Assembly (NCBI GenBank): GCA_043813075.1
Contig: JBDRLL010000003.1
Coordinates: 125,811-189,810, forward strand
Direction: 5' to 3'
DNA length: 64,000 nt
Source: Candidatus Altiarchaeota archaeon
GTDB lineage: Archaea > Altiarchaeota > Altiarchaeia > IMC4 > SCGC-AAA252-I15
Shown here one piece after another: positions 44,795 to 52,293 of the stretch. Within the stretch, counting starts at the first letter, position 1. Each line of letters opens with the position of its first letter. The notes below the pieces were generated by a model. That model saw only the letters and a list, made by a program, of their open reading frames with translations. It made no database searches and was not told the DNA's origin. The position numbers and the translations under genes were made by a program.

Positions 44795-45553
44795 GTGTGG
44801 GAAATGCTTGTTGACGTGCACTGCCATATAGACTACAGGGATTACGACAAGGACAGGGACAATATTATAAAAGAGTGCGCTGAAAACAACGTGCTAATCG
44901 TTAATTCCACGGTGGATCCATGCAATCTTCTCGGGCTTACGCTCGCTGAAAAGCATGATAACGTATACTGCACCATAGGCATGAGCCCCAGCAACCTGGA
45001 CAAGGAAGACTTTGAGAAGACAAAAGGACTGATAAGAGAGCATGAAGACAGGATTGTGGGTGTCGGCGAGGTCGGGTTAGACTATTACTGGGTGAAAGAC
45101 GGTGAAAAACAGGATGTTATGGAAGAACGGTTCAGGGGATTCATAGAGTTAAGCACGAAAATCAGAAAACCATTGGTGATACACTCGAGGGATGCGGAGG
45201 AAAGAGTGATAGAAATCATTGCCGAATACGGGATTAAACCCCTGCTACACTGCTTCTCAGGGAGTGTGGAGCAGGCATTGGAGGCTGTTGAACTAGGATG
45301 CCTCATATCAATACCCACAAGCATAGCATACTCCAAACCCAAAAAAAAGCTTGCTGAAGCCATACCCCTTGACTCCATCGTTTTAGAGTCTGACGCCCCC
45401 TTTCTAGCCCCTAAACCGGGGGCAAGAAACAATCCAGTGAATATAAAGGAGTCCGCCGTATTACTTAGTCTTTCAAAGCAACTAGTACTGGAGGACGTCA
45501 TTGAAACAACCTCCAGGAATGCCATCAGTTTTTACGGGTTGAAAGTTGGTTAA
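44795..45553 (+). CDS. tatD: TatD-family metal-dependent hydrolase
   Basis: VDVHCHIDY, GEVGLDYYW, VIHSRDA and ESDAPFL. The start is GTG 44795 or ATG 44804. Confidence 0.85.
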   Translation: MWEMLVDVHCHIDYRDYDKDRDNIIKECAENNVLIVNSTVDPCNLLGLTLAEKHDNVYCTIGMSPSNLDKEDFEKTKGLIREHEDRIVGVGEVGLDYYWVKDGEKQDVMEERFRGFIELSTKIRKPLVIHSRDAEERVIEIIAEYGIKPLLHCFSGSVEQALEAVELGCLISIPTSIAYSKPKKKLAEAIPLDSIVLESDAPFLAPKPGARNNPVNIKESAVLLSLSKQLVLEDVIETTSRNAISFYGLKVG

Positions 45554-46184
45554 AGCAGTCTTATTCGACTGGGACGGGACGCTCTACGACATATTCGACT
45601 TCATGGTAACCACATACACCGAAGTCATGAGAGAAAGGGGTGTGAGGACCTGGACCAGAGAGGAATACAGGAACAACTTCAGGATAGAGTGGAGGGACAT
45701 GCTGGAGGAGATGGGGCTGAAGGACGATGAGGAATTTCTAATAGAAAAATGGAGGGAGAACATGAAGACGCTAAAGGAAAAACTAAGGCTCCATGAAGGC
45801 GTGATAGAGACACTCGAAAAACTAAAGGAGAAACACTCACTAGGGATAATAACCTCAGGCCCGCGGAAGGCATTGAATGCGGAGATGAAGCGGCTTGGAG
45901 TGAAAAGATTCATGGACATCACCGTGGCCGGCGGGGAGGCGGGCAACGGGAAGCCAGAGCCTGACCCTCTCGTCTACGCCATGGAGAAACTAGGTTTAGA
46001 TCCAGTGGAATGCGCCTACGTCGGGGACATGATAGAGGACGTGCAGGCTGCGAAAAAAGCTGGGATGCACTCGATAGCAGTCTCATGGGGCCTGCATAAC
46101 AGGAAAAAGCTTTCACTGGAAACACCAGACTTCATTGCAGACGATTTAAACGAGATGGTTGAATATATAGAAGGCATTAAATAG
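45546..46184 (+). CDS. HAD-superfamily phosphatase (phosphoglycolate phosphatase-like)
   Basis: AVLFDWDGTL, ITSGPR, GKPEPDP and VGDMIEDVQAAKKAG. The start is TTG. Confidence 0.8.
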   Translation: MVKAVLFDWDGTLYDIFDFMVTTYTEVMRERGVRTWTREEYRNNFRIEWRDMLEEMGLKDDEEFLIEKWRENMKTLKEKLRLHEGVIETLEKLKEKHSLGIITSGPRKALNAEMKRLGVKRFMDITVAGGEAGNGKPEPDPLVYAMEKLGLDPVECAYVGDMIEDVQAAKKAGMHSIAVSWGLHNRKKLSLETPDFIADDLNEMVEYIEGIK

Positions 46185-46199
46185 TTTATGTGAGCTCCC

Positions 46200-47234
46200 A
46201 TGAAGGAAGATGATAAGAAGCCAGACACGTACGCGAAGGCGGGTGTAGACTTCAGGAAAGAGGACAGGGCCATAAAATCCATCTCCAGGTGGGTTTGCAA
46301 GACATTCAAGTTCAGGGAAGGCAAAATCGGGTGCGTTATGGAAGACCTGGGGCTGTTCGCCAACCTCATAGACATGGGAGAATTCGCGCTAGCAGTATGC
46401 ACTGACGGGGTGGGCAGCAAGGTGCTTGTCGCCCAGGAGATGGAGAAATACGATACCGTGGGCATAGACCTCGTTGCCATGAACGTCAACGACCTCATAT
46501 GCATCGGCGCCGAACCAGTGTGCATGGTAGACTACCTGGCCATGCAAAACACCAACGAGGAGATGGCGAAGGAGATATCCATAGGGATATACGAGGGTTC
46601 CAAACAGGCGGAGATATGCATTATAGGGGGCGAGACCGCATCCCTCCCGGAGATAATAACAGGTGTGAAGAACCGTGGATTCGACCTGGCTGGGACTGCG
46701 ATAGGCGTCGTGAAGAAGGAGGCTGTGATAACAGGGAAGAAAATACGCCCAGGAGACGCTGTGTTGGGTTTTGCAAGCAGTGGGATACACAGCAACGGGC
46801 TCACACTAGCAAGAAAACTACTGCCAAGGAACATGTGGATGAACCTGCTAGTGCCCACCAAAATCTACGTGAAGGAAGTAAAAACGCTTCTAAGCGAATT
46901 CAAGATACTCGGCCTCGCCAACATAACCGGCGGGGGAATGCTCAACCTGACGAGGATAACGAAACACGGCTTCCTTCTTGACAACATGCCTGAACCCCAG
47001 ATGGTGTTCAAGAAGATGCAGGAACTTGGTAACATCAGTGATGAAGAGATGTACAAGACATTCAACATGGGGGTCGGATTATGCGCGGTAGCCAGGGAGG
47101 AGGAAGCTGACAGGATAATAGGGAAATACGGGAGAGAAATGAGGATAACGAGGATAGGGACTGTCGTCCCAGACGCAGGAGTCAAACTTGTGCTGGATGG
47201 CAGGGAAGTGGTTCTAGAACGCTCTATGTACTGA
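46200..47234 (+). CDS. purM: Phosphoribosylformylglycinamidine cyclo-ligase (AIR synthetase)
   Basis: YAKAGVD, CTDGVGSK, and NDLICIGAEP. Confidence 0.9.
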   Translation: MKEDDKKPDTYAKAGVDFRKEDRAIKSISRWVCKTFKFREGKIGCVMEDLGLFANLIDMGEFALAVCTDGVGSKVLVAQEMEKYDTVGIDLVAMNVNDLICIGAEPVCMVDYLAMQNTNEEMAKEISIGIYEGSKQAEICIIGGETASLPEIITGVKNRGFDLAGTAIGVVKKEAVITGKKIRPGDAVLGFASSGIHSNGLTLARKLLPRNMWMNLLVPTKIYVKEVKTLLSEFKILGLANITGGGMLNLTRITKHGFLLDNMPEPQMVFKKMQELGNISDEEMYKTFNMGVGLCAVAREEEADRIIGKYGREMRITRIGTVVPDAGVKLVLDGREVVLERSMY

Positions 47235-47278
47235 TTTATATACCTAATGCTTAATCCTTAAACCTAAAGGTGGTTTAA

Positions 47279-48196
47279 ATGCCGATAACAAAGACAGACA
47301 AGATTTGGATGAACGGGTCCATGATAAGCTGGGATGATGCAAAAATCCACTTGCTTACGCACGCCCTCCACTACGGTTCAGGAGTCTTCGAGGGGATACG
47401 CTGCTACAAGACAGTGAAAGGGCCCGCCATATTCAGGCATAGGGAGCACATGGAGAGGCTGGAGAATTCAGGTAAAATCTACTACATGGAGCTGCCGTAC
47501 ACCATAGACGAGCTCATGGAAGCCTGCAGGGAACTCATAAAAGCCAACAAACTGGATGAATGCTACATACGGCCGATAGCATACAGGGGCTATGGTGAGA
47601 TGGGCTTGAACCCGTTGAACGCGGTGGTGGACGTCGCGATAGCCGCATGGCCGTGGGGCACCTACCTAGGAGAGGAAGGATTGAAGAGGGGTATAAGAGT
47701 GAAGATAAGCAGCATAGAGAGGATAAGCTCCAACGTGATGCCGCCAGCCGCGAAGGCGACGGGACAGTACATAAACAGCATACTAGCCAAAGTAGAGGCC
47801 TTGAAGGCAGGATACGACGAGGCTGTTATGATGGATAAGAGGGGCATGATAAGCGAAGGCCCTGGAGAGAACATCTTCCTTGTTAAGAACGGGATGTTGT
47901 TCACCCCACCATCACACGCCAGCATACTGCCTGGCATAACGAGGGATAGTCTGATACAGATAGCGGGAGACAATGACATACCCGTCTGCATGACGGACAT
48001 AGACAGGGGCATGCTACTTCAGGCAGACGAGCTGTTCTTCACAGGAACCGCCGCGGAAGTGACTCCCATACGGGAGGTTGATGGCATAGAAATAGGGAAA
48101 CCAGGGCAGATAACCAAGAAACTGCAGGCCAAATTCTTTGACATAGTGAAAGGCAAGAACAAGGAATATGACGGCTGGCTGGACTACGTGAAATAA
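47279..48196 (+). CDS. ilvE: Branched-chain amino acid aminotransferase
   Basis: IWMNG..ISWDDAKIHLLTHALHYGSGVFEGIRCY, KATGQYINS and GITRDS. Confidence 0.9.
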   Translation: MPITKTDKIWMNGSMISWDDAKIHLLTHALHYGSGVFEGIRCYKTVKGPAIFRHREHMERLENSGKIYYMELPYTIDELMEACRELIKANKLDECYIRPIAYRGYGEMGLNPLNAVVDVAIAAWPWGTYLGEEGLKRGIRVKISSIERISSNVMPPAAKATGQYINSILAKVEALKAGYDEAVMMDKRGMISEGPGENIFLVKNGMLFTPPSHASILPGITRDSLIQIAGDNDIPVCMTDIDRGMLLQADELFFTGTAAEVTPIREVDGIEIGKPGQITKKLQAKFFDIVKGKNKEYDGWLDYVK

Positions 48197-48206
48197 GTCG
48201 GCCAGA

Positions 48207-48623
48207 CTATTTTTTATTTTTCATGAACAACAGCATCAGGGTGAACGCCAACGCTATGAAAATAGGGTATATGAGCATGCTAGAACCATCTTCATGCTTT
48301 GCTCTACGTGCTGGACTTATGGTAGGGCCTACCCCACCCAAAGAAGCATTAGAGTAATCTGATGACCCATTCATCTTCTCGCGTATATCCCTCAAGAGCT
48401 TTGAAGCCTCAACCGAACCGGACGCATAAGGACACTCCCCGTAAGCTCGGCTGGCGTTCACCGCATACTCCCTGGCGAGAGCATAATCCTCTTGCACGTA
48501 ATACGCCCGAGCCTTGTTAAGCAGGTCGTCCGAAGTCTGGACGCAGTTTACTTCTGCGCCAACAATGATGGGTGATAGCAGAGAGATTAAAACAGTCAAA
48601 CAACACACATGCTTGTATTCCAT
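48207..48623 (-). CDS. Hypothetical secreted/membrane-anchored protein
   Basis: An N-terminal signal-like segment, a TPR-like ARAYYVQEDYALAREYAVNASRAY, and a C-terminal TM helix. The ATG is at 48623. Confidence 0.45.
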   Translation of the reverse strand: MEYKHVCCLTVLISLLSPIIVGAEVNCVQTSDDLLNKARAYYVQEDYALAREYAVNASRAYGECPYASGSVEASKLLRDIREKMNGSSDYSNASLGGVGPTISPARRAKHEDGSSMLIYPIFIALAFTLMLLFMKNKK

Positions 48624-48625
48624 CG

Positions 48626-49303
48626 TCAAGTGGTGACTGTCGTGCCAGAGAACCCGGAACCCTCAATGCACATGCCTATGTTATCCAGGTCACGGCCGTC
48701 CAGTATGATCGTCCTTATACTGCTCCTCCGGATTATCTTAAGGGCTACTGGATCCAGTAGCGGGTACTCTCCGGCATTAACACCCTCATTGTCGAGCAGT
48801 CTTGTTAGCTCAGTTATTGTAATCGTCTTAAGAGGCTTCGCGTCTTTGAACTGCTTCGGGTTCTTGTCGTAGACCGCGTCAACGTTACTCGCGTTGAGGA
48901 ACATGTCTGCCTTAACCCACTCCGCCAACAGCGCCGCCACCGCGTCCGTCGAATGCCCAGGCTCTGTACCACCCATCACCAACACCCTATCTCCGCTGAA
49001 GGAGTCCGCAGCCCCCTTAAGGGTCTCGGGTATGCCAAAAGCCTTGTCTCCCATGGCCTTAAGTAGCACCCCAGCGTTTTCACGGGTGGCTAAGATACCT
49101 TCATAATCGCATTCCGCCTCGCTAGCCCCGGAATCCCTTACTTTAGCTATGCGTCTGCGGGCCGGCTGGCCGCCTCCGACAACAACGGCGATAGAATGGT
49201 TTTCCAGTAGTTTTTCCAGGAAGGAGGATAGTTTCTGGACGTATTCCGCATCCACTTTATCTGGCGCGATGACGGATCCGCCGAAACTGAAGACCAACTT
49301 CAT
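48626..49303 (-). CDS. pyrH: UMP kinase (archaeal type)
   Basis: MKLVFSFGGSVI..., VVVGGGQPAR and GHSTDAVAALLAE. It is trimmed to the ATG at 49303. Confidence 0.85.
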   Translation of the reverse strand: MKLVFSFGGSVIAPDKVDAEYVQKLSSFLEKLLENHSIAVVVGGGQPARRRIAKVRDSGASEAECDYEGILATRENAGVLLKAMGDKAFGIPETLKGAADSFSGDRVLVMGGTEPGHSTDAVAALLAEWVKADMFLNASNVDAVYDKNPKQFKDAKPLKTITITELTRLLDNEGVNAGEYPLLDPVALKIIRRSSIRTIILDGRDLDNIGMCIEGSGFSGTTVTT

Positions 49304-49349
49304 CAGTCGTTTAATTAAACGACGATGTAAATAAATTACTGGTGGTTGG

Positions 49350-50249
49350 ATGAGTAATCTTGACCTTTTAGTTTTTGGGGATACTGCCATAGACAACTTC
49401 TATGAAGTCGGTAAACTGCCCTCCCTTAATGAGGCTAGCGACGTCTCCAAAAGCCATAGATTCTACGGTGGAATGGGCGCCAACACCGCGGTGGTGGCCA
49501 GGACCCTTGGGCTTGAAGTGGGGTTGGTAAGCGTTATCGGAACTGACGCGGAAGACTACAGGAAGTATATGGAAGGTATGGGCATCAAGCTGCTGTTGAA
49601 GGGAGTCTTCGGAGACACAACAAAAAGCATGTTCTTCAAGGAGAACGGAAATCAGATAAGCTTCTTCTACAAGGGCGTCACAGAGATGCTAGACAACCTG
49701 GATCCTGAGGAAGAATTTGGCAAAAGGTTGAACCGTAAGACAAAGGCAGTGTACATGGCAAGGACATACCTTGAGATGCAGAGGAAGGTCGTTAAGATGT
49801 ATAAGGACAGTTTCACAGTCTACAATCCAGGGTATGGTGTGTTCAAGTTCGACAGGATACCGCGCCTGTTCAAGGCCATCGTAAGGGAGTCTGACGTGCT
49901 TGTGTTAAACCACCACGAGCTGGAGCACTTGAATAAACTGGGCTTCAAGGTAAGGATGGGCGTTAAACCAAGGGTATTCATAGTGACGCGGGGTGAGAAG
50001 GGGTGTAGGGTTCACACAAAAAACACGTCAATAGACGTTAACCCCTACAAGACCAAGGTGGTAGACACGTCAGGAGCGGGCGACGCATTCAACGCAGGAT
50101 TCCTTGCAGGAATGATAAAAGGACACGACGTCTACCAGTCAGTCGCAATAGGGAATGCTGCCGCCTCATTCATAGTGGAAGCATGGGGATGCCAGACCAA
50201 CATCCCAAAATGGCCGCAAGTCATTGAGAGGTACGATAAGATAAGATGA
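49350..50249 (+). CDS. PfkB-family carbohydrate/nucleoside kinase
   Basis: DTSGAGDAFNAGFLAG and an N-terminal GDTAIDNF. Confidence 0.8.
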   Translation: MSNLDLLVFGDTAIDNFYEVGKLPSLNEASDVSKSHRFYGGMGANTAVVARTLGLEVGLVSVIGTDAEDYRKYMEGMGIKLLLKGVFGDTTKSMFFKENGNQISFFYKGVTEMLDNLDPEEEFGKRLNRKTKAVYMARTYLEMQRKVVKMYKDSFTVYNPGYGVFKFDRIPRLFKAIVRESDVLVLNHHELEHLNKLGFKVRMGVKPRVFIVTRGEKGCRVHTKNTSIDVNPYKTKVVDTSGAGDAFNAGFLAGMIKGHDVYQSVAIGNAAASFIVEAWGCQTNIPKWPQVIERYDKIR

Positions 50250-51244
50250 AGAACGCTGATAAATGGTATGCGATAGACGCGCTGGGGGAGTCCTTTGACA
50301 GGACTAGGAAGCTGCTGTTCGAACCATTTGACATAGGTTTCTGGGCTAAGCTGGCGCTGATAGCATTCATAGCTGGGATGGCGAGCAACGGCAACTCCCA
50401 ATTCAACTTTGACGGTTCAGGGGGCGGATTCCAGAACATGCCAGACCCTGCAATAATCATCACGCTGGCAGTGATGATAATAGCGTTCGTAATAGCCCTC
50501 ATGTACCTGTCTTCAGTAGCCAGCTTCGCGTTCATACAATCCCTGTCAGAAGGCAAGGTAGAGGTTATAAGATACTTCAAGGATAACAAGTGGCTTGGCC
50601 TCAGACTATTCGTACTGCAGGTAGCCATGATTTCAACCATCATACTGTTGACCATACTGTTTATCACCGGCCTCGTGTTCAAGGGATTCGGAAACATGGG
50701 GGGGGCTGACGTCATAGCAATAATAATCATGGTGCTGGTGATATTCGCCATGATCTTCGCATTCATGCTCTTCATGCTGTGGGTGAACGACCTGGTCGTA
50801 CCCATAATGTATGCGAGAAACTGCGGGGTAATAGAGGGTTTCTCACAGTCAATCAGTATAGCCCGTGCCGAGGCCATGCAATTCCTAGTCTACATCCTGG
50901 CTAGGGTCGGGCTTGGCTTTATGGTGGCCATCATAACGCTGTTCATCAGCATACCATTCATGATAATAATGTTTTTCTTCGCAATCAGCGGCGTGATACT
51001 ACAGGCCCTTTCAACACCACTGGCACTGGCATTCATGATCGTGGTCATAATGGTGACGGTGATGGTTTCATACATAATCACGTTAATAACACTGCCTTTG
51101 AGCGTTTACGTCAGGTGCTACAACCTGTTCTTCCTGCAGCACACGAGAGGGGGGCTCAAATTCTTCGGCAGTAAGGGTGCTGGAAACGCGGCTGCCACCG
51201 CGGAAAAGCTTATAAACAATGAAGACGAGATAAAAGTGTATTAA
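50246..51244 (+). CDS. Polytopic membrane protein, unknown family
   Basis: Six to seven TM helices. It shares an ATGA overlap with the pfkB-like gene, and argC starts 2 nt after its stop. Confidence 0.5.
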   Translation: MKNADKWYAIDALGESFDRTRKLLFEPFDIGFWAKLALIAFIAGMASNGNSQFNFDGSGGGFQNMPDPAIIITLAVMIIAFVIALMYLSSVASFAFIQSLSEGKVEVIRYFKDNKWLGLRLFVLQVAMISTIILLTILFITGLVFKGFGNMGGADVIAIIIMVLVIFAMIFAFMLFMLWVNDLVVPIMYARNCGVIEGFSQSISIARAEAMQFLVYILARVGLGFMVAIITLFISIPFMIIMFFFAISGVILQALSTPLALAFMIVVIMVTVMVSYIITLITLPLSVYVRCYNLFFLQHTRGGLKFFGSKGAGNAAATAEKLINNEDEIKVY

Positions 51245-51246
51245 AG

Positions 51247-52218
51247 ATGAAGGCGATTATCGTAGGAGCGTCAGGATATACGGGAAGAGAATTGTTGAGG
51301 ATACTGTCACAACACCAGGAAGTAGAGTCTCTCGCCGCAACTTCACGAAGCCATAAAGGCAAGCACGTGTCAGAGGTTCATAAAAGCCTTTCAGGAGTGG
51401 TGGACTTGAAGTTCACAAACTTTGAGTTGGAAGGCCTTGACGCAGACCTGGCTTTCCTCGCAGTACCCCACACTGAGGCGATGAAATACGCGGAAGGCAT
51501 CCTGGAGAAGGGCATTAGGATTGTGGACTTGAGCGCCGACTTCCGCCTTAAAGACGAGGAAGCGTATGAAAAGCATTATAAGGTAGAGCACTCATGCCCC
51601 GAGTTGATTCGGGAGGCCGTCTACGGGCTCCCAGAGTATTATAGGAAGGATATCCGAGGCGCACGCCTGGTAGCTAACCCAGGCTGCTACCCCACAGGAG
51701 CGATACTAGCCTGCAAGCCGCTTGCCGACGGCTTTACGGTGGACGATATCATAATCGACAGCAAGAGCGGTGTTTCAGGCGCAGGAGTTAAGAAGGAGGA
51801 TGCTATGATGAAGTTCGTGTCTGACGAGAACCTGAAGGCTTATAGGCTGACAGACCACCAGCATACTCCAGAGATAATCCAGGAGCTCGGGCGAAACGTA
51901 TTCTTCACCCCACACATAGCCCCACTGAACCAGGGGATATACACAACAGTGCACGCGCTGACTGACGCGGACGCTGGTGAAGTCATCGAAGCCTACATGA
52001 GGAAGTACGGGGTTGAGCCATTTGTGGAAGTCGTTGACGAGACAGACGTCCTTAGCGTGCGAAACACCAACAAATGCACTATAGGTGGATTCAAGTCCGA
52101 TGGAAAGAGAATGGTGATAACATCAGCGATAGACAACCTGATAAAAGGAGCTAGCGGCCAAGCAGTCCAAAACATGAACATAATGATGAGATACGAGGAG
52201 ACGACAGGACTAGTGTAG
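51247..52218 (+). CDS. argC: N-acetyl-gamma-glutamyl-phosphate reductase (ArgC/LysY family)
   Basis: GASGYTGRELLRIL and the catalytic NPGCYPT. Confidence 0.85.
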   Translation: MKAIIVGASGYTGRELLRILSQHQEVESLAATSRSHKGKHVSEVHKSLSGVVDLKFTNFELEGLDADLAFLAVPHTEAMKYAEGILEKGIRIVDLSADFRLKDEEAYEKHYKVEHSCPELIREAVYGLPEYYRKDIRGARLVANPGCYPTGAILACKPLADGFTVDDIIIDSKSGVSGAGVKKEDAMMKFVSDENLKAYRLTDHQHTPEIIQELGRNVFFTPHIAPLNQGIYTTVHALTDADAGEVIEAYMRKYGVEPFVEVVDETDVLSVRNTNKCTIGGFKSDGKRMVITSAIDNLIKGASGQAVQNMNIMMRYEETTGLV

Positions 52219-52293
52219 AATCAATTATTACGACTGAACAAAGCCGCCTATTTTTCGTCCACATGAATCGGAGATTCCTAAAGGGGCCAAAAA

